The notes beneath the pieces are model-generated. The model saw only the letters and a program-made list of their open reading frames with translations. It ran no database searches and was not told where the DNA came from. This document shows, piece after piece, positions 25,801 through 38,679 of a stretch of 64,000 bases of DNA. Origin of the DNA: Macrostomum lignano (lineage: Eukaryota); the NCBI GenBank assembly GCA_002269645.1, contig NIVC01002335.1, positions 62,001-126,000 of the forward strand. Direction: 5' to 3'. Within the stretch, counting starts at the first letter, position 1. Every line of letters begins with the position of its first letter. A program made the translations under genes and the position numbers.

Positions 25801-26130
25801 TCTAAAAGCAGAATTCACTCTGAGACAAAAGCAACTTCTTCTTAATAGAAACTGATTCCTTTTAAAAAATGAGTACAAAAATCAGTGTACTGTAAGTTTT
25901 GTTATGAATTAGAGCATTTGGAATACTATAGGCGCGATGCATCATGCCTAAAAATAGCTAAATCGAACTGATCAGATAAGGTCAAGGAGGCTGAGAGATT
26001 TTAAAATTAAATTTGGACGCTTACCATCTTTAATAACTTGAGTGGGGTTAATCTCAGACAGCCCAACTGCAGAATGTAAAAGGACAAGGACAAAAGTCCC
26101 TATTGTCCATAAAATTGTACTTATTGTCAT
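13462..26130 (-). CDS. PLXDC: Plexin domain-containing protein (PLXDC/TEM7-like), ~509 aa; complement(join(13462..13809,16159..16308,17638..17786,18828..18923,21693..21789,21878..21942,22681..22854,23666..23735,23866..24006,25042..25175,26025..26130))
   Basis: Phase-consistent GT-AG exons. Signal peptide; family-like blocks [52 protein letters not shown]; PSI domain [10 protein letters not shown]...FNCSWC...RCSSGVDR...W...C; Thr-rich stalk; TM helix; juxtamembrane [18 protein letters not shown]. The exon-2 acceptor is uncertain. Confidence 0.9.
13822..15855. repeat. Compound minisatellite (gtgtcag core, ~51-bp higher-order unit, then GATA-expanded units)
   Basis: gtgtcagtgatgaattgattt / gtgtcagcgatagatagatt. 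Confidence 0.95.
16159..16308 (-). CDS. PLXDC: PLXDC exon: Thr-rich stalk
   Basis: tctcag|[34 protein letters not shown]...DHDC|gtacgg; phase 0/0 fits both neighbours. Confidence 0.8.
16495..17520. repeat. 14-bp minisatellite
   Basis: (ygggaagtgagata)n. Confidence 0.96.
17638..17786 (-). CDS. PLXDC: PLXDC exon: PSI domain
   Basis: tcccag|[49 protein letters not shown]|gtgagt. Confidence 0.93.
17875..18720. repeat. 23-bp minisatellite
   Basis: (aatgtgatcttaatgtcagtctg)n. Confidence 0.95.
18828..18923 (-). CDS. PLXDC: PLXDC exon
   Basis: cctcag|[31 protein letters not shown]|gtaagt. Confidence 0.9.
19290..21580. repeat. ~35-bp minisatellite with a higher-order duplication
   Basis: ccatcaaaccttcagtaacaggttgtctgaatacc and variants. 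Confidence 0.96.
21693..21789 (-). CDS. PLXDC: PLXDC exon
   Basis: attcag|IPITMEAL...[18 protein letters not shown]|gtaaga. Confidence 0.9.
21878..21942 (-). CDS. PLXDC: PLXDC exon
   Basis: ttacag|[21 protein letters not shown]|gtgagc. Confidence 0.9.
22070..22600. repeat. 39-40-bp minisatellite
   Basis: gaacagacaagattgaaggagtgtcagtgacctgaagtga. Confidence 0.95.
22681..22854 (-). CDS. PLXDC: PLXDC exon
   Basis: acgcag|[26 protein letters not shown]...WVRWENL...|gtaagt. Confidence 0.92.
22942..23243 (-). mobile_element. tRNA-derived SINE inside a PLXDC intron
   Basis: Minus-strand tRNA-like head with B box GGTTCGATTCC (23189-23199), a body containing the SINE-type segment acccattttacagctgggtgaactg...ttgctcaaggacac (plus-strand reading), and a (TTA)n tail at 22942-22956. 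Confidence 0.75.
23666..23735 (-). CDS. PLXDC: PLXDC exon
   Basis: tttcag|[24 protein letters not shown]|gtgagg. Confidence 0.9.
23866..24006 (-). CDS. PLXDC: PLXDC exon
   Basis: ttgcag|DNHVYYNM...KNLAL|gtaagt. Confidence 0.88.
24095..24850. repeat. 69-70-bp minisatellite with A/B variants
   Basis: gtcatttaattctagttaacttttcagtcacgctgtccatg... units. Confidence 0.93.
25042..25175 (-). CDS. PLXDC: PLXDC exon 2
   Basis: [12 protein letters not shown]...[17 protein letters not shown]|gtaact; the phase-1 acceptor tcaag| fits exon 1. Confidence 0.65.
26025..26130 (-). CDS. PLXDC: PLXDC first coding exon (signal peptide)
   Basis: [35 protein letters not shown] then G|gtaagc (phase 1). Confidence 0.7.
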
Positions 26131-27792
26131 TGATAATACATTTACCAGTAAAAATAATCAAAGAAATTGATATTTAGCACAATCCTTGTTCAAGGCTATT
26201 TTCCTTGATCGTTTTAAAGTTATTTTACTTTACTTTTAGACGTTTAAAATTTGAGACGTTACGGCCGCTCGCTCGTTGATCATCTTAAACAATCAGTGTA
26301 AGATTTAAAACGATGCAAATTAATGTTTCGTGGTTATTACTTGTTTAAACAAAGCAAAATAACCAAAATAATTGGTTTTACTACCAATTTCAACAAAAAA
26401 CACTTTGAAAAGTAATTTTTTTTTACTTTTAGCAATTATTTCAACATTAAATTACCCAGTCCTTGAAATTAACGAAAAACACTAGTTATAGAATGAAATT
26501 AACAAGGAATTAAATTATGCCCCTGGAACACTTTCCAAAAGCTTTTTACTTTTAATACTTCGTTTTTTTGTTAAAAAACAAAGAATATTTTTCCCAATTC
26601 TGTCATTATCCTGACTCCACTTACTCCGCTGGCTTTTTTAACTTCTTTCGAATTCGATTTCGGTTTCTTTCGAATTTTTTTCGCTATTGCTTTTATTTAT
26701 ATAAATTGTTATTGTTATTATTTCCTTCTCAAAAATTTTTTTCTTGCTACACGTTTGCTTTTGCATATTATAATTTGAATTGAATTGAACGGCTGCTTTT
26801 CTGTTTTGTTCAGAAATTCATCATCGGGGACATTTGTCCCAATTGGTGTTATAATTCGTCGTTTTCGCTTTGAGTGAATGTATATTAAAAAATCAATTTA
26901 ATTGGATCTTTTAATATCGAATCTTTTTGTAGCTCTGTGCGAGCTTTATACGTTTTTGTTTTAATTTCTGTCACGTGATTCTCATCAAAAGATTTAATTT
27001 CCGTTGCTACAGACATAATGAACATTTATGCGAGGACATGTACTCCTCGTATTGGAATACCTGTGCAACAGTGTCTAAATATCATCAGAACTATATTTTA
27101 ATTGACTTCCATTCCAAAAGATAAAAATCCTATCCAGTGCCTTTTACTCGCGATCTCGATGGCTAATTAATCTATCATACATGTAACTGCGTTATTACAT
27201 ATTTTACTGCGCTTTAATTAGAGATTCTCAAGCGCTTTACAGTGTATACCTGAATAGTCAGCAGGCATATTTAAGGATATAAATCTTATCGCTTCATGCA
27301 CCTGCCCTGAAACCCCCATCCAGCTTCACACACTGCTGATTCCCCTGAAAATCCACCTTTTCTTTCCCGATCGTCACGGCCTCATTTCGCGGGAGCACTT
27401 GAATCGAGGGCCTAGAATATGGTCCTCATATTTGCCGGGTGAAAAATGTGGGATAGAAGGAATAAATTCGTACCATATTTCTGAGCATTTCTAACTTAAG
27501 AGCCCTTCTGCAGAAACCTCGCTTTGACGAGCACACAGCGTATGCAACAGACTGGAGGTGGGGGAGGGGCGACCCTGATGGCACCGGCTGCAGGAAATGA
27601 GGCCAGAGGGGGGGGGGTCGAGAATGCCTCTGCTACAGCATTCTCCATCAGGCCAAATGTAGCCATATCCATGCAGCTCTCAGTCCCTTCTCTCCCTTCT
27701 CCCCTCTCTCTAGTTATTCTCATTCCACGTGGGCCCCGTGGTCTTCTTTGCCAGCTGCTTTATCGCTTAAAAAAGAGATGGAGGAGAAACAG

Positions 27793-27795
<3 letters not shown>

Positions 27796-27833
<38 letters not shown>

Positions 27834-27918
27834 AGGCTTGCGCGCGCGCAGTTCTCCCTGAAGACTTATCTTAGCGGCCAGCCATGCCACCTCTGTTTAC
27901 AAATGGGCTCCCTCCTAA

Positions 27919-27950
<32 letters not shown>
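27796..27950. repeat. (GA)n, (GC)5 and (CT)n microsatellite cluster
   Basis: GA tract 27796-27831, GC tract 27840-27849, CT tract 27923-27950. Confidence 0.9.
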
Positions 27951-27957
<7 letters not shown>

Positions 27958-28289
27958 TCCGTTCCCCTCCCAGTCTCCGCCCTCAGACAGCCAGGCGGCT
28001 CTGGTCTCTGGGGGGGACCGGATGGGAATGGGAACAGCAAGCTAGCGAGGCAAGTAGGGAAAAATCCCTTTTTCATCCCCGGTCTATTCGTCTTATCTTT
28101 CGGCTGTTTCCCGTCTCGCCTGAAACCGCGCTTCTCTCCCTCCCTGCTAAACCCGGAAAGCACGCAGGCTGTTGCAAATCTTGCACAGATCTCAGACTCC
28201 TTTTTAAGTGTTAGCCCTTAATACCTTTTTTGTGCCGCTATGCGCACACTAGTTTTGCATTGGTACAAGCTTAATTATGGGATTTATCA

Positions 28290-28540
28290 GGTGTCATTTT
28301 TGGCGCCAATTCAGCTTATCATCATTTTTGGCGCCAATTCAGCTTATCATCATTTTTGGCGGCAATGCGGCTTATCATCATTTTTGGCGCCAATCGAGCT
28401 TATCGTTATTTAAGGCGCCAATGCGGCCATCATCATTTTAGGCGCCGTTCGAGCTTATCATCATTTTTGGCGCCGATCGAGCTTATCATCCTTTTTGGCG
28501 CCGATCGAGCTTATCATCATTTTTGGCGCCGTTCGAGCTC
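28290..28540. repeat. 28-bp degenerate tandem repeat
   Basis: ggcgccaattcagcttatcatcattttt variants. Confidence 0.88.
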
Positions 28541-29059
28541 AGCTCCACTGCACCCAATGCCAGACTCCGTCATCAGCAGCCTCTCAGAATCTATATCAGA
28601 AGCCAAAAAGCCGCCTCTTGACGAGAGCGGAGTCCGGCTGGCAGAGCAGAAAAGATTTGGCAAGGAAAGAGCTGCGGCTAAAACTGGGACTCTCTCCGGA
28701 AATCAATTTTGTAGGCGCCTTAAAAATCCGAGGGGGTGGCTTTAGAGGGGGTGGGTGGTTTCTGACTGTGCCGACGACTTGACTCGACACTAAGCGAAGC
28801 CATTAGTAGCATGGGGGCACTCAATCCTGCTTCCTTTCTAGCAATATGCGGCTCAGAAGTTGTATTGATCCCCCGACTCGCATCTGCTCCCTGCTTTTCA
28901 ACCGTGCTCAAAATTGTCACCAAAAGGAGAGCTGCTAATTTTGTATGTCCTTGTTCCTCTCTCCGCTTAGGAATATTCCTTCTGTCACTGACTACCTGCT
29001 CAATTTCGGCTTAGACTAATATTCACTCACTCCTCTCCGCTCAATTTGTTTCCTCTGGT

Positions 29060-29750
29060 CTCTTCTCACTCTCCCAGTGTCACTCTCCCAGTGTCACTCT
29101 CACAGTGTCACTCTCCCTGTGTCTCACTCTCCCTGTGTCTCACTCTCCCAGTGTCACTCCCAGTGTCACTCTCCCTGTGTCACTCTCCCAGTGTCACTCT
29201 CCCAGTGTTTCTCCCCGTGTCTCTCTCCCAGTGTCTCTCTCCCAGTGTCACTCTCCCAGTGTCACTCTCCCAGTCTCACTCTCCCTGTGTGTCACTCTCC
29301 CAGTGTCTCTCTCCCAGTGTCTCTCTCCCAGTGTCACTCTCCCAGTGTCACTCTCCCAGTCTCACTCTCCCTGTGTGTCACTCTCCCTGTGTGTCACTCT
29401 CCCTGTGTGTCACTCTCCCTGTGTCTCACTCTCCCAGTGTCACTCTCCCAGTGTCACTCTCCCAGTGTCACTCTCCCAGTGTCACTCTCCCTGTGTGTCA
29501 CTCTCCCTGTGTCTCACTCTCCCAGTGTCACTCTCCCAGTGTCACTCTCCCAGTGTCACTCTCCCAGTGTCACTCTCCCAGTGTCACTCTCCCAGTGTCA
29601 CTCTCCCAGTGTCACTCTCCCAGTGTCACTCTCCCAGTGTCACTCTCCCAGTGTCACTCTCCCAGTGTCACTCTCCCAGTGTCACTCTCCCAGTGTCACT
29701 CTCCCAGTGTCACTCTCCCAGTGTCACTCTCCCAGTGTCACTCCCTCTCT
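29060..29750. repeat. 14/16-bp minisatellite
   Basis: (gtcactctcccagt)n mixed with ctcactctccctgtgt. Confidence 0.95.
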
Positions 29751-30149
29751 CTTTCGTCTCACTCTGAACTGAAATAGTGTAACAGCAGTATTCAGGTGCG
29801 CAGAATGTACAGAAGTATTTTTATTGTCATTTCCGTTACACATAACCCAACAGTCAAATGAATTTTCTATGCCCCTCCCCTCCAGAAACCGGCGCCACCT
29901 GTCAGGATGACTCACCGATCCTGCAGCCCGAGGCCAGGGAGGGGGACACACGCAGGTCCCGCTCTGTCCCTTCATCCGTTTGCCAGTTCATTCAGTAGCT
30001 ACAATGCAGTTATTCTTTTGCCATTTTCCTGCTGAAAGATGTACGTCGTATGTTTCAAAAAAGCAACAGAGTCAAAAAGAGAACACAGGGCTGAATCAGA
30101 GCATGAACTCACGCTTGTACTTGCTGATGGAGCCAGCTGGGAATTAATC

Positions 30150-32350
30150 CAAAATATTCAGGACCTCAGTCTACAGACGCTCCCAGATATTCAGGACCTC
30201 AGTTTAAAGACACCTCAGATATTCAGGACCTCAGTTTAAAGAAACCTCAGATATTCAGGACCTCAGTGCACAGACATCTCAGATATTCAGGACCTCAGGC
30301 CACAGACACTCCCGGATATTCAGGACCTCAGTTTAAAGACACCTCAGATATTCAAGACCTCAGTGCACAGACACCTCAGATATTCAAGACCTCAGTGCAC
30401 AGAAACCTCAGATATTCAGGACCTCAGGCCACAGACACTCCCGGATATTCAGGACCTCAGTTTAAAGACACCTCAGATATTCAAGACCTCAGTGCACAGA
30501 CACCTCAGATATTCAAGACCTCAGTGCACAGAAACCTCAGATATTCAGGACCTCAGGCCACAGACACTCCCGGATATTCAGGATCTCAGTTTAAAAACAC
30601 CTCAGATATTCAAGACCTCAGTGCACAGACACCTCAGATATTCAGGACCTCAGGCCACAGACACTCCCGGATATTCAGGACCTCAGTTTAAAGACACCTC
30701 AGATATTCAAGACCTCAGTGCACAGACACCTCAGATATTCAAGACCTCAGTGCACAGACACCTCAGATATTCAGGACCTCAGGCCACAGACACTCCCGGA
30801 TATTCAGGACCTCAGTTTAAAGACACCTCAGATATTCAAGACCTCAGTGCACAGACACCTCAGATATTCAGGACCTCAGGCCACAGACACTCCCGGATAT
30901 TCAGGATCTCAGGCCACAGACACTCCCGGATATTCAGGACCTCAGTTTAAAGACACCTCAGATATTCAGGACCTCAGGCCACAGACACTCCCAGATATTC
31001 AGGAACTCAGGCCACAGACACTCCCAGATATTCAGGACCTCAGTTTAAAGACACCTCAGATATTCAAGACCTCAGTGCACAGACACCTCAGATATTCAGG
31101 ACCTCAGGCCACAGACACTCCCGGATATTCAGGACCTCAGGCCACAGACACTCCCGGATATTCAGGACCTCAGTTTAAAGACACCTCAGATATTCAGGAC
31201 CTCAGGCCACAGACACTCCCAGATATTCAGGAACTCAGGCCTCAGACACTCCCAGATATTCAGGAACTCAGGCCACAGACACTCCCAGATATTCAGGAAC
31301 TCAGGCCACAGACACTCCCAGATATTCAGGACCTCAGGCCACAGACCTACAGCATCCCCGTCTAAAACCAATCACCTCCTGTCTCCTGCCAATGCCAAGG
31401 TGCAGGCTGAAGGCTTGACATTTTCGAATCCCACAGGGCAAGCTGCACTGCAATACACCAGGCTTGCTTCATTCCTTCTCTCTCCTATCTCCATGTTCCA
31501 CCCCCCCCCTATCTTCAATGAAAACAGCTACAAGCCTAACCCTGAATTTGGTTCGAATTTTCCTCGAGATTAAAGCTGATGGCTAAGGGGTTTACAGGAA
31601 ATCAGATTATGAACAGTTGGGCCCGGCTATTTGGGATGGGGGACGGGTTGGTGGATTATTTTTTGACATTTGATTCCCCTGCCTGATCCACTGAGCCTCG
31701 TCATGGGCGGTGACACTGACTTCCGCTTGGGGCTTCTTGGCGAGATGGAAGTGGGGCAGCCCTCGCGAGTCAGCAAGCTGTAATAGCCGCTGTGACTCGT
31801 TGTAGGATTACACTCGTGTCTGCAGAGCGAACTGCTAAATTATTGCGCTTATGCATGCGATACATTGAGTTGATGGGCTACTGTTCAGGGATGCACTCTG
31901 ATATTCAGGGCTTCGATCCCACACATTGAAAGCTGATATTCACCACCTCAGTTCATAGACACCTAAGATATTCAGGACCTCAGTTCATAGACAACTCAGA
32001 TATTCAGGACCTCAGGCCACAGACACTCCCAGATATTCAGGACCTCAGGCCACAGACACTCCCAGATATTCAGGAACTCAGGCCACAGACACTCCCAGAT
32101 ATTCAGGACCTCAGGCCACAGACACTCTCAGATAGTCAGGACCTCAGTTCATAGACACCTAAGATATTCAGGACCTCAGTTCAAAGACAACTCAGATATT
32201 CAGGACCTCAGGCCACAGACACTCCCAGATATTCAGGACCTCAGTTCAAAGACAACTCAGATATTCAGGACCTTAGTACAAAGACACCTCACCTCAAAGA
32301 CAACTCAGATATTCAGGATCTCAGTTCAAAGACACCTCACCTCAAAGACA
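30150..32350. repeat. 32/33-bp minisatellite in two blocks (30150-31350 and 31930-32350)
   Basis: agatattcaggacctcag...agacac units flanking a ~580-bp unique island. Confidence 0.93.
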
Positions 32351-32354
32351 CCTC

Positions 32355-33320
32355 TCCCTGTGTCTCACTCTCTCTGTGTCTCCCTCTCCCTGTGTCTCAC
32401 TCTCCCTGTGTCTTACTCTCCCTGTGTCTCACTCTCCCTGTGTCTCACTCTCCCTGTGTCTCACTCTCCCTGTGTCTCACTCTCCCTGTGTGTCACTCTC
32501 CCTGTGTCTCACTCTCCCTGTGTCTTACTCTCCCTGTGTCTCACTCTCCCTGTGTGTCACTCTCCCTGTGTCTCACTCTCCCTGTGTCTCACTCTCCCTG
32601 TGTCTTACTCTCCCTGTGCCTCACTCTCCCTGTGTCTCACTCTCCCTGTGCCTCACTCTCCCTGTGTCTCACTCTCCCTGTGTCTCACTCTCCCTGTGTC
32701 TTACTCTCCCTGTGTCTCACTCTCCCTGTGTCTTACTCTCCCTGTGCCTCACTCTCCCTGTGTCTTACTCTCCCTGTGCCTCACTCTCCCTGTGTCTCAC
32801 TCTCCCTGTGTCTCACTCTCCCTGTGTCTCACTCTCCCTGTGTCTCACTCTTCCTTGTGTCTCACTCTCCCTGTGCCTCACTCTCCCTGTATCTCACTCT
32901 CCCTGTGTCTTACTCTCCCTGTATCTCACTCTCCCTGTGTCTCACTCTCCCTGTGTCTCACTCTCCCTGTGTCTCACTCTTCCTTGTGTCTCACTCTCCC
33001 TGTGCCTCACTCTCCCTGTATCTCACTCTTCCTGTGTCTCACTCTTCCTTGTGTCTCACTCTCCCTGTGTCTCACTCTCCCTGTGTCTCACTCTCCCTGT
33101 GTCTCACTCTCCCTGTGCCTCACTCTTCCTTGTGTCTCACTCTTCCTGTGTCTCACTCTTCCTTGTGTCTCACTCTTCCTGTGTCTCACTCTTCCTTGTG
33201 TCTCACTCTCCCCGTGCCACTCTCCCTGTGTCTCACTCTCCCCGTGCCACTCTCTTTCTGTCTCACTCTCCCCGTGCCACTCTCTTTCTGTCTCACTCTC
33301 CCCGTGCCACTCTCTCTCTC
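32355..33320. repeat. 16-bp minisatellite (left arm of inverted pair)
   Basis: (ctcactctccctgtgt)n. Confidence 0.96.
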
Positions 33321-34169
33321 TCTCAGCATATCTGCTCCCAGCGACTCTTGCGAGAATTCAAATTCTATTCCAATCAATAAATTTGTTTCGTTTTCAAATT
33401 CGTTCGGAAACTCCCCAGCCGGACCCATCGAATCAAGCAGCTGCCCGTCTGTCAGGACTGCTCAGGGGCCCCGGCCTTCGCAGCTGCACCAGTGGCTAAT
33501 CAAATTAAGGAAAGTCACTTGACTGACCCTTGTCTCCTCTTTTTCTTTCGGCTTTCCCTTTCTCCTGATGAGTTAATCACATTTTCTCCGGACAGCGATA
33601 ATCCTATCTTCATCAAGCAGGCGATCCCAGCTTCCTGCCTCAGAGTTAGCAGTGCTGAGAAGTAGCCGGTCGCGGGTTCGTTTCAGTTCACACAAACAGC
33701 AAGGATTTCACACAAACCTGAGTCATTCGCTACTATAGTAATATAATACTTTTACTGCTGCACAATGATCTTAATTGTCTGCATTTTGAACATTCATAAA
33801 GAGGTGAAAAGCTTTTATGCGGTTTCTCAGAGGAGTTCGCGTTATAAATCAATCTAGCTACTCCCACCTGTCCTCGGGGCCATCCGGTGCAATAAAAAAA
33901 TTGTTTTACTAGGAGCGCATTGTACTTTCAGACATTTTACAAGGCGATTGCTGGAACTTCTTCTCTCGCCGACAGCTGACAGATCTCTGTCGATTCGCGC
34001 GCGGAATTCCGAATTCCGAAGCCGGAAGCCGCAGAATCGATTTTAGCCGGCTTCCCGCGCCCGGCTTTGGCAGTTGTGAGAGCTGGGTGGGGGATCAGTG
34101 GCATTCCTGGGGAACTGCGATGACGGAGCCTGGCATGGGGCCCATGCATCGGCACACAGGCGCTGGCGC

Positions 34170-34620
<451 letters not shown>

Positions 34621-35739
34621 ATTCCAATCTAAGCTCAGAAAATTGATGGGGAAATCCGAAGAGGTGAGGAAGCGGCCGCAGTTTCAGCAGTTCCGTCACG
34701 CCACCCGGCCTTCATTAGCAGGCAGCGGCTCCGGGACTCTCGGGTTGCACTCTGCTCAGGAAAATACGGTGGTGACAGAAGCTGGGGGGTGGTAGACGGG
34801 GGCGAATGCGAACTCAAATTCAATCCTAAATCTGTACAGAGAAGTCAGCTTCAATCACGCTAACAGATTTTATATTAATTTTGTCTAACCGGAACTTCGA
34901 AGCATTTGAATCCTATTTGTGTCTCTTGTTTCGAGTCCTGCTCCCCGAGACTCATGGTGAATTTCTGTGAAATTTCTGAGACCACGAAATTAAATCATTG
35001 AAAAGCCCAGACAGTCTGCTCAAATACAAAAATCGAACGCAACCACCATCAACCCCCCCCCGCGCCCGTCATCAGGCTGTCAGCGAATTCAGCTTGCTCA
35101 AAGTTGCGATTCCTGCATGCAGTTTGTGTTCACGGCCGCCTGTCTCTTTCCTTGGCTCTCCTGTATTGATTTTCGCATAAGCAGGGGCCGGAGCGGGAGC
35201 AGAGTGACTGAGCGAGAGAGACAGGCACACAGTGAAGCTGGATATCGGCGAATGTCTGCCCTGTTTATTTCGGCTGGGGGCATTCTGGGACCGACGGACC
35301 GACAGGAAGCTGCGGGACCGGCAGAAACCCGCCATCAACCCAACTGCTGTGCGCGGCCGGTGCAGGGCGGGGGCTGAAGCCCCCCCCTGTCAGTGACCCC
35401 CCGTTGGGGAGAGGAGCGCCGTCTGGCTTCATCTAGCTATAGCTCTCTTCTCCCCAATCCCCCAGAGCGGCAGAGTTTATTTGCCCAGTGTCAGCTTCCC
35501 AGCTTGCCTCATCCTTTCTTGCCCTGCGTGACATGGGGAAGGTGGATCTGCTGCGAGAGCCTCGTCCTGGGGAGGGGGAGGGCGTTTACCAAAAATCTAC
35601 GAAAATGGGAAAAGGGGAGAGTTTTACAAGCCAAGGCGGGATTCCGGAGGGCGGCGAAATGGGGATTTTGATGCGGTGAACTAGCTGAGGTGATGATGCC
35701 GAGTCAGTCTCAGTTTGATCCCAATGAAATAGCTGCGGG

Positions 35740-36746
35740 GAGAGTGACACACAGGGAGAGTGACACACAGGGAGAGTGACACACAGGGAGAGTGACACAC
35801 AGGGAGAGTGACACACAGGGAGATTGAAACACAGGGAGAGTGACACACAGGGAGAGTGAGACACAGGGAGAGTGAGATACTGGGAGAGTGACACACAGGG
35901 AGAGTGACACACAGGGAGAGTGACACACAGGGAGAGTGACACACAGGGAGAGTGAGATACAGGGAGATTGAAACACAGGGAGAGTGAGACACAGGGAGAG
36001 TGAAACACAGGGAGAGTGAGATACTGGGAGAGTGAGACACAGGGAGAGTGAGACACAGGGAGAGTGAGACACAGGGAGAGTGAAACACAGGGAGAGTGAG
36101 ATACAGGGAGATTGAGATACAGGGAGATTGAGACACAGGGAGAGGGAGACACAGGGAGAGTGAGACACAGGGAGAGTGAAACACAGGGAGAGTGAGATAC
36201 AGGGAGAGTGAGACACAGGGAGAGTGAGACACAGGGAGAGTGACACACAGGGAGAGTGAGACACAAGGAGAGTGACACACAGGGAGAGTGAGACACAGGG
36301 AGAGTGAGACACAGGGAGAGTGAGACACAGGGAGAGTGAAGCACAGGGAGAGTGAGACACAGGGAGAGTGAGACACAGGGAGAGTGAGACACAGGGAGAG
36401 TGAGACACAGGGAGAGTGAGACACAGGGAGAGTGAGACACAGGGAGAGTGAGATACTGGGAGAGTGAGACACAGGGAGAGTGAGACACAGGGAGAGTGAG
36501 ACACAGGGAGAGTGAGACACAGGGAGAGTGAGACACAGGGAGAGTGAGACACAGGGAGAGTGAGACACAGGGAGAGTGAGATACTGGGAGAGTGAGACAC
36601 AGGGAGAGTGAGACACAGGGAGAGTGAGACACAGGGAGAGTGAGATACTGGGAGAGTGAGACACAGGGAGAGTGAGACACAGGGAGAGTGAGATACTGGG
36701 AGAGTGAGACACAGGGAGAGTGAGACACAGGGAGAGTGAGACACAA
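35740..36746. repeat. 16-bp minisatellite (right arm, reverse complement of 32355-33320)
   Basis: (acacagggagagtgag)n. Confidence 0.96.
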
Positions 36747-37159
36747 TGAGAGTTAGAAAAGATTCTGGATAGGAATGACAGGTATTTCACCATCCCATGA
36801 GTCAAGCGGAAAGTCATGTATCCTTTAAGGCGAATCGAGCGAAAACAGAGTACCAAGAAAAGCATCGTCACTCTTCTACAGTGTGGATCTAGCCAATTAA
36901 ATAAACAAGTGTTAGCTTCTTAGTAAAACTACCTAGCATTGGCAGAATAGTTTATTTCAAAACGGCTATCCACAACCAGTTATCAACAGTTGCTTATCGC
37001 GTCTTTTCGACACCCTGCGCCGGTTAACATCAAAGCTGTCGGAGGGGGAAATTTGGAATAGTTGGGTGGGAGAAAGAGGAAAATAGTTAGGAGACAAGAG
37101 CAATGTAGATAGAGACAGAGAAAGAGAGGGAGATGAGAGGAAAAGGGGCATAGGGACAG

Positions 37160-38130
37160 AGAAGAAGGGATGAAGAGAAATGGAGACGGGGAAGACGGAG
37201 AGGGGGACGGAGAGGGAGACGGAGAGGGAGACGGACAAAGAGAGGGAGACGGAGAGGGAGACGGAGAGGGAGACGGAGAGGGAGATGGAGAGGGAGGACG
37301 GAGAGGGAGACGGAGAAAGAGACGGAGAAAGAGAGGGAGACGGAGAGGGAGACGGAGAAAGAGAGGGAGATAGAGAGGGAGACGGACAAAGAGAGGGAGA
37401 TGGAGAGGGAGACGGAGAGGGAGACGGAGAGGGAGATGGAGAGGGAGGACGGAGAGTGAGACGGAGAAAGAGAGGGAGATGGAGAGGGAGACGGAGAGGA
37501 GACGGAGAGGGAGACGGAGAGGGAGACGGAGAGGGAGATGGAGAGGGAGACGGAGAGGGAGACGGAGAGGGAGATGGAGAGGGAGGACGGAGAGGGAGAC
37601 GGAGAGGGAGGACGGAGAGGGAGACGGAGAGGGAGACGGAGAGGGAGACGGAGAGGGAGACGGAGAAAGAGACGGAGAAAGAGAGGGAGACGGAGAGGGA
37701 GACGGAGAGGGAGACGGAGAGGGAGACGGAGAGGGAGACGGAGAGGGAGACGGAGAAAGAGACGGAGAAAGAGAGGGAGACGGAGAGGGAGACGGAGAGG
37801 GAGACGGAGAGGGAGACGGAGAGGGAGACGGAGAAAGAGAGGGAGACGGAGAGGGAGACGGAGAGGGAGACGGAGAGGGAGACGGAGAAAGAGAGGGAGA
37901 CGGAGAGGGAGACGGAGAGGGAGACGGAGAGGGAGACGGAGAGGGAGACGGAGAGGGAGACGGAGAAAGAGACGGAGAAAGAGAGGGAGACGGAGAGGGA
38001 GACGGAGAAAGAGACGGAGAAAGAGAGGGAGACGGAGAGGGAGACGGACAAAGAGAGGGAGACGGAGAGGGAGACGGACAAAGAGAGGGAGACGGAGAGG
38101 GAGACGGAGAGGGAGACGGAGAGGGAGAGA
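37160..38130. repeat. 12-bp purine-rich minisatellite
   Basis: (gagggagacgga)n. Confidence 0.95.
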
Positions 38131-38679
38131 GGCACAACACAAAGTTATTTCAGGGTGCGAAATTCAGGCCTTATACAATAAACACACAACATACCACAGT
38201 GCGGCCGTCAATGCGCCGTTAGGCAGGCTGTAAAAGCGATGAAGTATTTCGCTAAGCGAGCTGAAAAACTGCGCAGAAGACTGCGATCGCGAGAGCATGC
38301 CCAGAACAGCGGCACTATGATAAATTTACTGTTCGGAATTGGCATCATTCGCAGAGAAAACTCTACTGTATATTTCATTTATAGCTTTCCTCTGCTTTTG
38401 CGAATAGAATAAGAAAGCTGCGAGTCACTGAGGCAGACGGCTTTTTCTTCTGTTGCTTTTTCCTGAATAAGCCAGCAGATTGTTCCATGGGAATAATCTA
38501 GAATTGAAAGATTGCTTGTTACTTCTTTGTGCGTGTCTTTTACGGGCCAGACAGGTAGGAAATGTGCTAGTTGAATAACTGATTAATTGTCTGAAAATGA
38601 AGATGAAGTTTTTTAGAGTAAATGTTATCGAGTAAGTTATATAGTTATAAACTATATATAGTTTTATATAGTTACCTTC

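Noticed and set aside
26625-27020. Short Lys-rich minus-strand ORFs in the AT-rich block
   Set aside because: They are interrupted by stops; more likely a PLXDC 5'-UTR exon (donor at 26624) or promoter DNA.
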